A DNA stretch of 63,782 nt, the filler included, from Asterionella formosa (lineage: Eukaryota), in NCBI GenBank assembly GCA_002256025.1. It is 19 parts of 19 records of this genome, joined end to end, with 100 filler letters (N's around TTAATTAATTAA, not from the genome) between each part and the next. Parts side by side here need not be neighbours in the genome. Positions count along the whole stretch, not along the records: positions 47,126 to 50,379 come from NKIB01014317.1; positions 50,480 to 53,733 come from NKIB01014318.1; positions 53,834 to 57,085 come from NKIB01014319.1; positions 57,186 to 60,434 come from NKIB01014320.1; positions 60,535 to 63,782 come from NKIB01014321.1; 14 more parts are not named here. One strand, given 5' to 3'. Shown piece after piece: positions 48,077-60,915 of this stretch. Both the position numbers and the translations under genes were made by a program. Numbering within the stretch: the first letter of the stretch is position 1; every line of letters starts with the position of its first letter. The notes beneath the pieces were generated by a model. It worked only from the letters and a program-made list of their open reading frames with translations. It was not told where the DNA came from and made no database searches.

Positions 48077-48679
48077 TTATCAATGCAGTATTGTCATCAT
48101 TGATACCAAATTGATGCCGTTTTTGGACCCCTCCAAAAACGGTAGCAGTGATATTGATGAATTTAAGCGAGTATCAGTTCCATTATCACTGATAAAATAA
48201 CCGAAAATACGCCTACAGGGCACTATTTTTAATGACATACATATAAAATTCTGTTGTTGTGTGGGCATCAAAGAAAGCAACGCCATACACACATTGCGGC
48301 GGCTGTGTGCGGGAAATTGAGTCCAAAGTAGCTAGCTTGATAACTTATGCTAGATACTTATTTCCATCTACTGTAAAAAATGATGAGAAACATTGAGAAA
48401 ATGAAATCTTGGAAAGGGCGCAAGAGCTTAAAATGCAAGAAAATACCTCAACGTCTTTTTTTTTGTACTCATTTTTCATGTATGTACTTCATGTCGTGGT
48501 TCATATTCCAATGGAATCTTGATTAGGTTATCTAAAAGTTACATATACACAGCATACATACTATAGAAATGCAACAAGTAATACGCTGCTTGTTCTTGAG
48601 GCGACTAAAATTTCGATGCTAAAATGTTAACACTAATTCACCTGACTGAAAGTGTGTACATAAGACTGATAGGGCAAAG

Positions 48680-48875
48680 CTACAGTTTCACAGCACCAAC
48701 GTATTTATAGAATCATTTTCACAGTCGTACAAACGTCATAAACCTTATGGTAGGGCAATCCTAGCAGAGTTTCACAGTACCTGGTACCAATGACATGGTA
48801 GGTATAGTTTCACAGTATAAACGTCACTTTCCTGAATAAACAATTGGAAGCCTAGAGTTTTACAGTACCAACGTA
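48680..48875 (+). repeat. Degenerate short tandem repeat (AGTTTCACAGTACCAACGT-like, ~5 copies)
   Basis: Core TTTCACAG(T/C)A..AACGT recurs at ~48686, 48717, 48770, 48808 and 48858. Confidence 0.7.
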
Positions 48876-48884
48876 GTAGTACAT

Positions 48885-50379
48885 CTGCAAATAAAAACCA
48901 TCATATTTCCATGATGCATCATAGAATTATGATCATCTGATCATAATTTTTCGTTACATCATCTAATAATTTTGATAAATGACCTCGTAATTTAAATAGT
49001 AATCCTTTTGACTATGGAAATTTAATTATTATATCTATTGTTTCTTTTAGGTTCCTTTATATAAATTTCTTGGTAGGATAATGTACCAGTTAGAATAATG
49101 TGGTTTGGCTCATCATCCTTGCCAGTCCTCACTCTGATTTATTCTTGCAACAATGACAAACCAGCCTTGTCGAGAGGAACGAGTGTTTGTGATAAAATCT
49201 TCATTTGTCTTTCAAGTCATCATATGTCTTCGATGAATCATCATCTACAGTGTACAGTATGTTCGTCCTATGCAATCCGTTAAGAGCTTGAAAAGAAATC
49301 CTATGAAAACGAAATGGCTCATCACACAAGACGAATATTTCCGGTCGGTCGGTCACCAGAGCATCAATCAGTGTTACAACCTCAATCATAGCTAAACAAC
49401 ATCCATTATAGAACAGCACAATCTACTTCTCCGTAACATTGCCTCTGCTCTAACAAGAACGTAATACATCTAGAATTGAAATACAGCATAGCAGGCGATA
49501 TGCACAAAGAAGCATGAGACTGTCTATGTATAGTAACAGAGTGATTCTGGTTTCTTAATTTTCATGTCTCATTAGATTTTCTTTGTCATCGTTCTAGTTC
49601 CTTACCTTTAAAGACAGGAGCGTATTCTTTGATGTATCTGGAATATTTCAATGGATGGCAGCAGTTGGATTTAGACACAAACCTCGACAAAGGCACTAGT
49701 ACCTTGTAGATGTTCATGAAAAGCGAGACAATTCGTCTGCAAATAAAAACTATCATATTTCCATAATGCATCATAGGATTGTGATCATCTGATCATAATT
49801 TTTCGTTATATCATCTTTTAATTTTGATAAATGCCTTTGTAACTTAAATAGTAACCCCTTTGACTACATATATTTAATTATTATATGTATTGTTTCTATT
49901 TGATCCATGTATTCGAATTTCTTGGTAGGATAATGTACCAGTTCAAGTAATGTAATTTTGCTCGTGATTTTCATCCGTCATCACTCCGATTTTTCAACAA
50001 CAACGAAATACTAGCGATGACAAGCGGAATGAATGTTTGCGATAACGTCTTCAATTTGTTGGTCAAGTGATCTTTATATCTTCGAGTAATCGTCATGTGC
50101 AGTGAACGTTTGTTCATAATCATTCAATTAAGAGTTTACAGGAGAGAAGAAACCATTCGAACTCGTAATGTTTCCGCACACAGCGCACAAAGTATATCCG
50201 TTTTGTCCACTTCAGCATGACAATCTCGCCAATCAACCCGTAAACAAACACATTCTACTTGTTCTCGTTGACATTTTCAATTCTCACATGATACTACATC
50301 TACTATTGAGATTCAGCATAGAAGGAGATACGAAAATGTGCGTAACAGACTACTGTCCACATAGCTATAGTTATAGAAT
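48885..50379 (+). repeat. Diverged ~850-bp-period tandem duplication; its start also occurs inverted at ~41550-41660
   Basis: TCTGCAAATAAAAAC.ATCATATTTCCAT.ATGCATCATAG and AATTTCTTGGTAGGATAATGTACCAGTT occur in both units (48885, 49736). Confidence 0.85.
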
Positions 50380-50888
50380 NNNNNNNNNNNNNNNNNNNNN
50401 NNNNNNNNNNNNNNNNNNNNNNNTTAATTAATTAANNNNNNNNNNNNNNNNNNNNNNNNNNNNNNNNNNNNNNNNNNNNCCATCATTGTCAATAAGTAAA
50501 CATCTCCAGTCATTTGTCAATAAAAGTCGAAATGTTTTGGGTCTTGGTTTCTAATCACTACTAAAAATATTGATTCTCGATTCGTTGGATTCCATATATT
50601 TTATCATATATGTAGCACACATATTTTTGCATGTAGACGTACGTACCAGTATGCATACGATGCATTGATTTGAATTCAAATCATGCCCATCATAGTGACA
50701 CCTACATACTGGTATGTTGCACAGATATTTGTATGTAAACGCACTACGTGTACGATTGATTTGAATTTGAATCATGCCCATGATAGGAATAGGGTTAGGG
50801 AGTGACTTTGGTATACCGGTATCTAAAAAGGTGATTGAGGGTACGCAATATCACGTAGTCGTGCAACAATGTGGCACTGGTATCTGTT

Positions 50889-51417
50889 GGTGATGAAGAA
50901 GGGGACGCAATAACACTTTCTCGTACAAACAAGGTGACATTGGTATCTATTGTCACCTCGTACTCAGGCTACAACACATTCTTGTACAGACAACAAGGTG
51001 ACGACATTTGTATTGTCTATTGGTGATGGAGGGGACGCAATAACACGTTGTTCTCGTACAAACAAACTAGGTGACATTGATATCTATAGTCACCTCGTAC
51101 TTAGGTTAAAAGTAAGATCAAACGAGCTAAAATTTGTTATCTGTGTTCTTATTTATTGGCAATCATATCTAACCAGAAAGTATGACCTGTAATTATTTAG
51201 TAGTAAGATATATTCATTGTGAAAGTAAGATCAAAAAAGCTAAAAATTGTTTTTTCTGTGATCTTGTTTATTGGCAATCATATATAACCAAATTATGATC
51301 TGTATTTTTTTAGTAGTAAGATATATTCATGTTGAAAGTAAGATCAAAAAAGCTAAAAATTTTCATCTGTGATCTTGTTTATTGGTAATCATTTCTAACC
51401 AGGAGGTATGATCTGTG
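50889..51417 (+). repeat. Adjacent tandem arrays: ~133-bp unit twice, then ~114-bp unit three times
   Basis: GGGGACGCAATAACAC...TCTCGTACAAACAA...GTCACCTCGTACT twice; AAAGTAAGATCAAA..AGCTAAAA...TTTATTGG.AATCAT three times. Confidence 0.85.
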
Positions 51418-51469
51418 AATCATAAAGATTGATTTGAGCGATTCATCTACTGGTTAATATTTTATGATT

Positions 51470-52960
51470 TGTACCATATGAAATATTTTGTATGACTCCC
51501 GCTTATTGAAGGGCTTAATTGAATTACTTACGTGTAGGTACAAGAATTGAGGCAGAAAAATTCAAAGACAGTACATCAGGTCATGGAAAGCAATGATATC
51601 CTCATGCATTGTATATATTTGAATTATTTATAAGCTTAATTGATGATAGTATACAAATTATGTCTATATATTTATACGTTTTCAAATTTTTATAAATGTA
51701 TACATAGCCTATACATTTGAAATCATGTTTAGAGGTTCCTTGTTATGCCTACCGGTACAACATGATCCTGAACTGAAAGATAATCTCTGCCCTGTGACAA
51801 GCAAGGAAAACTGAAAGAACGACGCTTCAACGCACACAATGATGATAAACCTTGCGGCTTAGAAGCAAGGATTGAAAATGGAAGAGTGAATGGGATCTAG
51901 CTATGGTATGTCAAGAGTACATGCCAAGGTGATCAATTGTTGGATTCTCAAAGACAAAATGATTGCCTCCTTCCCTAGCAAATCAAAAGCACATTTCGCA
52001 TTCAGCGGGATACCACCAATGTCGACCAAAAACTTGTAAATGCTCTTGTTGAATCAATGAGCCACTGTTAGAATATCACTGACACATGTTTGTTTTTCAA
52101 TCTTTCAGGATAATTCTAATCAAAGAGTTTAGTTGTAAGTTATAAATGACATTGGTGGAACGGTTTGTTGATTTGTACTTATGTAATCATTGACTGACAC
52201 ATTATTTTACTGAATTATGCGAAAAGTTCATTGATTTCTGGTAAGTGGAGCATGCTAAGAAAATGGGACTGCAGTGTTTGAGACATAAACAAAACATGGA
52301 TAACGAGCAAGTAATTCCTTCTCATTGTTATTATAATCAGTAAATCAAAATAGATAAAACAGAATCGGATCAAAAGGAAATGGGATTTGCAGCTTGCAGT
52401 CAGATGAGTTTCAGAATCTGAGTGAAAGGGAGGCGGGAGGCATGCATCAAGAGATTTGCTTGAAGGCAGGAGGCAATGCATCCTCAAGAGCATTGAAGGG
52501 AAGCAGGGGAGAGGCAAGCATCCTCAAGAGCATTGAAGGGAGTTGGGGAAGACATGCATCCACACAAGCATTGAAGGGAGGCAGGAGGCATGCATCAAGA
52601 GCATTGAGACAAGAATAGAAAAGGGGAACATTGGCTGTTTAACCACACAAAATGTAGAAACATAAATTTTTTTCGTGATATAACAGTTAAATACAATCCA
52701 TTTCAACCTATTTTTAACAGCTATTTCAATTAGAGTTACCATCAAATAAGGCAGGATAGGTATATGATAAAAGAATATACATCATAGGATAATGTTTTGA
52801 TAACTATATGGTGGTTTGATTATTATGAGTTAGCTTAGCCTGTTCACTGTCATAGAATGCATTTATCATACATCTAACGAAATATGTATCATGCAAAGAA
52901 AAATTCTGTGCCAGTTATCGTATGATACCCCTGATCTTATAAGTATGATATTTTTTATTT
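51470..52960 (+). repeat. Second copy of the 24130-25790 dispersed repeat, containing a CAAGAGCATTGAAGGG minisatellite (52426-52607)
   Basis: Collinear homology with the reverse complement of 24130-25790; about 5 internal purine-rich units. Confidence 0.7.
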
Positions 52961-53835
52961 GTAGATGTAGGTTTGAAGGCAATCTGAGAATGCGAATGCC
53001 ATTGGGACCCAACTTTATGTCACTAAGTGACAAAGGGCCAATTCAAAAGCAACTACCAAATAGGCAGCACACTAGTGACTAACATATCGCCTGCAAATCG
53101 ACAAACTTGTTCATTGCAATCACTGGTCAATTTTTGGTCCTCACTTGAACAGCTTCCTTCGCCGTCTATCATGGTAAATCTCAGAACTGAAAGTCTATCC
53201 ACTTCACAAACGTTGAGAATCAGAATGCCACAATTGAATAGAAACGAAACTCCAGAACTTGGATGTGTGTCACAAAACAGAACTCATGAACAAACGACTA
53301 CTTCGGGCACTCACGGTCGACATAATTGACAGAGTTTCAATTCATATGTTGAGAGGGGTTTGTCAATCGAAGAGGAAGGCGTCAATACAACCGGTTCAAA
53401 AGGTCTACATCCAGTGTGCTTCTCTATTCCCCATCAAAGCCACCAAGTCCTGGAGGAAGGAGAAATAATACAACAGTCATGGCAACCATTGCACGCGCAA
53501 TATTGTGTTAGTCTACTTGAACATGAACTTGGAATGTGCAGGAGCTTCTATGGGTCATCAAACTCTAGGCACTTATATCTCAAGTCCAAACTGGAAATAA
53601 CATAACAATTGGATGGACTAGAAATGACAGTTGCTGACTAAACAGTGGCCTAACAACAATCACAAAGAAGCTTCCATCAGTGTTTCTTCAAGGGTTCCAT
53701 CACATCTTTTTCCAGGGAATTGGGTCATGGTAANNNNNNNNNNNNNNNNNNNNNNNNNNNNNNNNNNNNNNNNNNNNTTAATTAATTAANNNNNNNNNNN
53801 NNNNNNNNNNNNNNNNNNNNNNNNNNNNNNNNNCC

Positions 53836-54321
53836 TGGACAGATGCCAAAGATATGCCGTCCTGGTATCAAAAGGGTGCTGATGTTGATGCCCTCTTGGA
53901 CTGTGCAGATACTCTGGATTGGCTTGCTGATACCGGCGACCTACATGAAATATACGATCCCTCTAGTGGCCTTTCAATCCCTCAGTTTGTTGCTCTGTCG
54001 CCAGCGACTTCTTGCCTACCTTCCACATTGGAAGTTGAGCAAGATCCTCTTACAAAGAACTCGTCTGTCTCAAACATTGCCCATTACGCCATGGCAAGTG
54101 ACACCGATGTTGATGTTCCTCCCCTCCCTTCTCTGTTTGGCTCTGAACTGGCATCGAAGAGGCAACGAACTAGTGGTTGCATGCTCTCCACTTATGAATC
54201 CTATGCATCCATAGATACTTCTCTTGATGTCTTTGACACCCCAATGGAGGAGCATGCCTTTGTTTCTGCTCTTCTTGAGAACAATTGCGAATCCTCTGTC
54301 AGCTTGTCAGCACTTCAGTGA
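53836..54321 (+). CDS. C-terminal part of a protein, possibly a diatom Myb1R-type transcription factor
   Basis: Open from the contig edge. The motif PSWYQKGADVDALLDCADTLDWLADTG resembles a motif I recall from diatom Myb1R proteins (unverified). Acidic Ser/Pro-rich tail. Confidence 0.6.
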   Translation, partial: WTDAKDMPSWYQKGADVDALLDCADTLDWLADTGDLHEIYDPSSGLSIPQFVALSPATSCLPSTLEVEQDPLTKNSSVSNIAHYAMASDTDVDVPPLPSLFGSELASKRQRTSGCMLSTYESYASIDTSLDVFDTPMEEHAFVSALLENNCESSVSLSALQ

Positions 54322-57300
54322 GTACATCGGGGAGATTTTGGGAATTCATATGTGCACTACCAAGTGAGGTATATTTGCGACATCGCAAATACCAATAAAC
54401 ATAAACATGCATGAGAAGTGTGTTATAGTCATTGAACAACCATGTAAGAGTAGGACAATGATGACACTTAAAAAATTCTATTTTTTAATTGTAAACAGGG
54501 TACTTGCTGGCCTTTCTTGTTTATGGTTAAAACAACAATAACCTAATGGTTCTTGCATGTTTTGCCACTAGCATGTGTCTTGTGTACTGCACCTTTTCAA
54601 TTTCGACTCTTTCTGCATGATCTATGCAATGCCTGCTGGGCGAGATAACTGTGCAAGCTTGTGGTTTCAAACTTGCCCAAGAAATGTATGAAGCCAAAAT
54701 TCACATTGACAGATGACGATTTGTTGATTGATGGTTTCAAATTGTCTTCCAGTTGCTGAAACCAAAGTGGATTTGCTGAACTGCTGAACAGGTTTCAACA
54801 AACTGTGTTCTAGTTGCTGAAAGGGTAAAGGAATCTGCCACTTTCTTGAAATCATGAATTGCATCAAACAAATCAAATGCAAAGTAAAAAAATTGTGAAA
54901 ACCTAAAAAGAAATGATTCCATAGGAAATTACATGGGAAATTGGGGTTCCAGTTCTCCATTGATGGAATCAGGTATGTGATGACAGAGTAGCTCACACAT
55001 CAGCTCTGTGTGGTGGCCAAAATTAACACACCATGTCATCTAACAAATCATGCTCCTCATCAATCATGACCCTGACATCTTTGCTCAAACTTTTGTCTAT
55101 GAGATCTGTTATCTCCTAAACTGATATTTCAGACAGTATATCCTCTCACAGATTCCTGTATTAATGATTCCATACATCTAAGCTGCATATCATGTGAAGT
55201 GACAATGTAAATAGGCCTAGTTGATTTTGAATGGATCACATGAATTAGTTGAATACATCAAGATATGTACTTGGATATATCAACTACATCATCTGAATAC
55301 ATCATGTTCATTATTTTATCTGAGTATCATGCATGCATTCATAATCATCACTATTTTACGTAATCATCTTCACGTAATTATGTGATTTAGTTCACATAGC
55401 CTTCAAATTTCATTCACCTAATTCTGCTTTATAATTCATGTAACTTATCAATTCTGTTCATGTATTTGTTTAACTCAGTTCACATAATGTATTAATTCTA
55501 TTCACATAATTCATAATTCAGTAGTTCACTATATTTTCTTAAGTTCATTCAACTTATTATCTGGCGGCTGAATGATCATTCAACTCATAGCCAGAAAGTT
55601 GTTCAACTATTGATCTGATGGTTTTCAACTAATTTAAAGATTAAATCAAATAGCGTAGTTGACTGATTGTACTATTTAACTCTTCATGGGAAACAAATCT
55701 CGATGTGCAATCAAGGCAGTGCTTTTAGAATGGAATCTTCAGTTCTTGAGAAGGCAGGCAGTATGGGACATCTACATGGACAATGCAAAAAGTGAAGCCA
55801 TTCATTCAGAATGGAACAATTCTCAATCTTGAACAGGCATCATTTTGCTACATTGTTGCAGCAAGAATGCACCACACTGGCTTCCTTCTTGTCCTTGAAA
55901 TGCCTTCTTGTTCATTGATCTGCAAAGATTTGCATAGCAACAGTGTGTCAGGACGCAAATCATTTGATAGAACAACTACTACCGGTAGCTACAACAGAAA
56001 GCAGTACACACACACACACACATATGTGCCATTCAACTGTTTCATTGAGCCGTTCAAAATGACAGCAACAAACCAGCATTAGTCAGGTATCACCAAAACT
56101 CACTCACTTATTTAAAAGAACAGTCCTGTTCTGAAATGGCGCTAAAATGTCAAGTAATTAATGTAGAGATCAATAACAGGTAAGTGTGAGTTATCACTCC
56201 TCCCTTTGCTGATGTGATGACAAAAATCCTTTTGAATATTGGTGAATCAGGGTAGCCAATTTTCCTTTCTATGCATCTTCGTCATTTCCTGTGCGATTCA
56301 AAAATCTCTTGGCTAGGCAGTCTGGAGGGATATACACATGATCTTTGGCTGCTGCTTGCTTGTTGCCATTGAAGATCCCTGTTACACCATGATACACTGT
56401 GGCACAAATGAGTGATACAATTTTATGTGGAAAATGGAGGAAATTCAGTTCAAATCCAGTAACCTTGCTGATACATTTTTCAAAAACTTTCAAATGAAGT
56501 AATAACTGATGAAAAATTATAAGAATGGCCCTAAGCGCATTGCCACCGCATCGACCAAATACCAAGCCAATTGAAGTTGCGGGTCATTACACGAAATGAT
56601 GCGATACGACCAAGACCAAATATGCATTGGTCCTGGTCGAGAATGACCCCCCTTATCGACCAAATATCAGGTATTTGGTCGATTAGACTCCGACCGTAGC
56701 CAAAACAGATGAAGCGTTTCTATTGGTCTACATTGTGGCTCGCGCCGGCAACATAACTTCGATGGTTTGATTTGCTCACACATGCTGATTGCAATACCGG
56801 GTTATTCAATATACCTGGTATTCTGCCTTCTTGTAGATAAATACAATCATTATACAACCGGTGTGTCAGTTTTGTGTCGACAAGTACATATTCAGATTAA
56901 TTTTTAAACATCGTCAGGATGGGTTCAGGTTTAGGTTCAGCTGCGTGAGAGAAGGAAGAGGAAGAGGACGAGGCGCTCTCTCCGTCCTGGGTTTGGTCGT
57001 CGAAGGCGAAGTGGTGTGCCATTTGCAGAAACTTGCTTGGGCCTTTAACGGCCATTGTCCTCAGAAAGGGTTCCAGCAGTGACTTNNNNNNNNNNNNNNN
57101 NNNNNNNNNNNNNNNNNNNNNNNNNNNNNTTAATTAATTAANNNNNNNNNNNNNNNNNNNNNNNNNNNNNNNNNNNNNNNNNNNNATACATATATGACAT
57201 GAACTCTGAATTCTGAGTTGTGGAAATCAAACCCAAGTACCAGGAAGTAAGTTACGTGGACACCATGTTGGTACTTACTGTCCTTCCATGCTGTCATTGT

Positions 57301-57358
57301 TATTGCTCATCAGTTGAGGGTGCAACACATCAATACAAGTAACCATTTCTAAAAATTA

Positions 57359-58607
57359 ATGGCATTTACAACGATACGAGAGCGGATAATGCGAAAGTGC
57401 TGTGGATCCACCTTGGCAGTAAGTCATGGCAAACAGCAACAGCATGGGCTACAAATAATTCACAGTCAGTCGAATCGCAATCCAGATGATTGCTTCAATT
57501 CTAACAACATGAATCGTATAGGACCTACAATCATCATCATTATGGTCTTGACGCAAATCAATTTCTTACTACTCCTTCTCGAGTCTGCTGAACATTATAG
57601 CCACCTCAATTTCATTGTACCACAACAACAACGAATACATGCTCAAGTAACTAAACGACAACAACTACTCAATGGATCCACCACAATAGTGGAATATGAT
57701 GACCCATGGTGGGCACTATCGGGAGATCTTGAACGACAAAAACAGGGTCAATCCGTGTGGCAACAGAACCACATAGACGAGGAGGCTACAAAGGACCACG
57801 TAATCGTCTACAACGACACGATATTAATCATATCCTGCCATGTTATTACTCACCGATACTTAGGGGCCCTGTGGAGCTCTCTTGAGTGTATGGCACCCAT
57901 GTATGAACACGTACATTTGGCATTGCCGGAATGGAGTCGAAGCATGATGGAGGAATTTGTGCATCGTGTTCGGGCAGAATTACCACATCTGCACCTAACC
58001 CGACATTATGTTATGCTCACGAGGTGGGATATGGGCTTGTGGTGTGATGTATTGGAGATTTTAGATTATGAACATGCACTACCCAGATACATCATACTGC
58101 TGAGTGGCAACGTATTTACTATCCGACCATCCACCAAACTACTAGACAAGCTTCGGACGAATCGATACGACATGGTAGGAATGACATATTATCAACATCA
58201 GGAAGAATATTATGTGGAACAATTTATGAGGGGGTTCACGTCAGACTCCATCCAAACATTTCGCAATTTCTCCTGCTTGCCCATTTACGACCAATCCTAT
58301 GGCTTTCAGAGAGTGAACCTTGTTGTCAGAAATATGCATGTACAGAAAGAACATGAAATGAAACTGCACACCATTTTTTCAAGAGATCGTGTCACGGCAA
58401 TCTACCAAGCCAACCCATCCGAACGTTACGCGGCGATGGACCAAATGGCACAGGAAAAAACATGGGAAGCCACAGAAAATGGTCAGTATTGGGAACTATT
58501 GAGGGATACCGAGGATTTCCCATTTGCAAAGGCCGATCGTCCGTGGCAGGTCTCTTTCGACTTAAACAATTTGCATCTCCAGGCTTGTATGCAAAAGGTG
58601 AATGTTT
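57359..58607 (+). CDS. Type II membrane protein, RgpF (rhamnan synthesis F)-like putative glycosyltransferase; ends in a gap
   Basis: 416 open codons; hydrophobic anchor IIIIMVLTQINFLLLLL; motifs ALWSSLEC, RWDMGLWCDVL, IILLSGNVF and YVEQFMRGF, spaced like RgpF YDFGxW / LxNDSVF / HLQSYF. Confidence 0.65.
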
Positions 58608-58991
58608 NNNNNNNNNNNNNNNNNNNNNNNNNNNNNNNNNNNNNNNNNNNNNNNNNNNNNNNNNNNNNNNNNNNNNNNNNNNNNNNNNNNNNNNNNNNNN
58701 NNNNNNNNNNNNNNNNNNNNNNNNNNNNNNNNNNNNNNNNNNNNNNNNNNNNNNNNNNNNNNNNNNNNNNNNNNNNNNNNNNNNNNNNNNNNNNNNNNNN
58801 NNNNNNNNNNNNNNNNNNNNNNNNNNNNNNNNNNNNNNNNNNNNNNNNNNNNNNNNNNNNNNNNNNNNNNNNNNNNNNNNNNNNNNNNNNNNNNNNNNNN
58901 NNNNNNNNNNNNNNNNNNNNNNNNNNNNNNNNNNNNNNNNNNNNNNNNNNNNNNNNNNNNNNNNNNNNNNNNNNNNNNNNNNNNNNNNNNN
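58608..58991. other. Intra-scaffold assembly gap (384 N)
   Basis: N run without the TTAATTAATTAA linker. Confidence 0.95.
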
Positions 58992-59073
58992 CTAGGATAT
59001 TTCATCCATTGCAAATACATGAATGGCCAATATTGTAGGGTATTTTGTACCCAGGTTACAAATGGTGAAGTTT

Positions 59074-60252
59074 TCAATCAATCTTTTTGGCCCCAATATC
59101 CTTACTCCCCTCGAGCTTCCACTTGGGCAACCAATTCACTCTGAACCATTCAATGGTGGCCTTCCATGCTTCGTCATGCAAAAACAGTGGGTCATATTTG
59201 AGATCTCTTCTCGCGTTTTCAATGCTGAAATACCGGTGGATCGTGAGCATTTTGACATTAAACGGATTGAGCTTGAATTTCTTGTTCAACAAAAATCCAA
59301 TAAAATTGCAAAGGTATGCAATCGCCAACAACAAGAAAACGGGGAGATGAAATTTCTTCTCCAAGTCTGCAAATCCTAGTTCCACAGCCGCTTGGTTGAT
59401 AATCTTCCAAAACATTACGGGTTTTTCGTCAGTTATAATGTAGAACTTGCCAAGGGACGGACTGTTCATGGCCAGCGTATCTGCTCCACACATGAGTCCA
59501 TGACAATAATTATCAACATAGCACACCGAAATAATATTGTTTCCGTTTCCAAAGATCCGAAGTCGACCAGTCCCGCAAGTCTCCATCAAACTAGGAAAGA
59601 ACAATGTATCGTACGGTCCATAGACTTGATGAGGAGCAACATTTATGGTGAGCAATTCGTCGCAACACGCTCTGGTCACCTCCTTTTCCGCGTATGCTTT
59701 GGACTCCGCATAGGCAGCTAAGAATGTTTCTGGAATTACCAAGTCATCCTCGGATGCTCCTTCAATATCCTTGCCTGTGAATCGCGTCGACGGCGAACTG
59801 GAGTTGACCAACTTTGGCACCTTGTACGTTCTGCATGCGTCCAAAATATTCATTGTCCCGTCAAAGTTGACTTTCATGTAAAGGGAATGATCATGAAACG
59901 GCCCAACGAGCGCAGCAATGTGATAGACAACATCGATGTGGTCGACGCACGTAAAGGCGTTGTTGACGGAGTCCTTGTTGGTAATGTCCCCATCGGTTCC
60001 GGACTTGACGATGATCGTTCCGCCAGTCTTTTGTTGGACGTCTTTGAATCTCTGTCGCAAGACGTCATCAGGAGTCGCAATGTCGAAACAAATGACAGTT
60101 TTGGCACCTCGTTCCAAGAGCATTTCGACCAGGCGAGAGCCAACGAAGCCCGCCGAACCAGTGACAAGGCAAGTGCTGCCAGAGGCACTTTGGAAGCCGG
60201 GTTTGGCTTCCACTTTCGCCTGCTTCGATGGTGATTTGCCAAAGCCAAACAT
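59074..60252 (-). CDS. NSDHL: 3-beta-hydroxysteroid dehydrogenase/decarboxylase (NSDHL/ERG26-like, sterol C4 demethylation)
   Basis: TGSAGFVG Rossmann motif, VYHIAA, VNFDGT, SSSPS, catalytic YAESK, PHQVYGP, CYVDN, GKFYIITD and a C-terminal hydrophobic segment. First ATG at 60252. Confidence 0.88.
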   Translation of the reverse strand: MFGFGKSPSKQAKVEAKPGFQSASGSTCLVTGSAGFVGSRLVEMLLERGAKTVICFDIATPDDVLRQRFKDVQQKTGGTIIVKSGTDGDITNKDSVNNAFTCVDHIDVVYHIAALVGPFHDHSLYMKVNFDGTMNILDACRTYKVPKLVNSSSPSTRFTGKDIEGASEDDLVIPETFLAAYAESKAYAEKEVTRACCDELLTINVAPHQVYGPYDTLFFPSLMETCGTGRLRIFGNGNNIISVCYVDNYCHGLMCGADTLAMNSPSLGKFYIITDEKPVMFWKIINQAAVELGFADLEKKFHLPVFLLLAIAYLCNFIGFLLNKKFKLNPFNVKMLTIHRYFSIENARRDLKYDPLFLHDEAWKATIEWFRVNWLPKWKLEGSKDIGAKKID

Positions 60253-60534
60253 GCTGCCTTTGTGGTTTATACGCAAAGCAATGAATCGAAAATACTACCT
60301 GGTACCACCAGTTTCAAGTTTCATTTTACCAATGATTACGGAGATTACCAGGGAATTCCAGTTTGGCAGAGTGTACCAGCCAGCAAGGCAGTGGGGTAAA
60401 TCTGTGTTGTCAAGAATATTAGCCCGAGTCACAANNNNNNNNNNNNNNNNNNNNNNNNNNNNNNNNNNNNNNNNNNNNTTAATTAATTAANNNNNNNNNN
60501 NNNNNNNNNNNNNNNNNNNNNNNNNNNNNNNNNN

Positions 60535-60915
60535 TGGCTATCTTTTTTCCGCTTTATTTTTATGTTTTTGAATTAGCGGATGCCCTTAGTTCTTGGCGAG
60601 GTACGTTGGTTCAGAGGCCAAGGCCCCTGGGCTTCATATTTGGATCGATCGATAATATATCGAGGTATTCCTCTCCAACCAACTCCAACTCTCTCACACA
60701 CAAACTTCTTCTTTTCATATATAGTTCCTGCCATGGCGATTGCACATGCCAAATGCAAAGCCGAGATTTACAATGTCATTGTTACCCAATATTACATTTG
60801 GCCCATTACCAATTGGTGTAACTTTGCCTATGTACCTGAAAATCTCAGGGTGTTGTTTAGCAACATTATTTCCGTATTTTGGAATGCCTACCTGTGTTCC
60901 AGACTCGCAAAGTAA
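60535..60915 (+). CDS. Mpv17/PMP22 family membrane protein, last two exons
   Basis: Exon to 60600, GT-AG intron 60601-60724, then IWPITNWCNFAYVPENLRVLFSNIISVFWNAYL, matching WPxxxxxNFxxVPxxxRVLxxNxVxxxWNxYL. Confidence 0.88.

Noticed and set aside
47273..48103. Pairs of near-identical ORFs on opposite strands
   Set aside because: By-product of the inverted repeat; no protein-like features.
54560..56600. Broken minus-strand coding-like fragments
   Set aside because: Multiple stops and no recognisable motif; cannot be assigned.
58462..59144. ORFs spanning the 384-N gap
   Set aside because: They are open only because Ns hide stops.
13491..60252. Apparent lipid or sterol gene cluster (DGAT2, NSDHL-like, Mpv17)
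   Set aside because: The genes are on different unlinked contigs.
3275..60534. Regularly spaced TTAATTAATTAA palindromes and ORFs ending in X..LIN
   Set aside because: These are synthetic contig linkers; the ~3.36-kb periodicity reflects length-sorted contigs.
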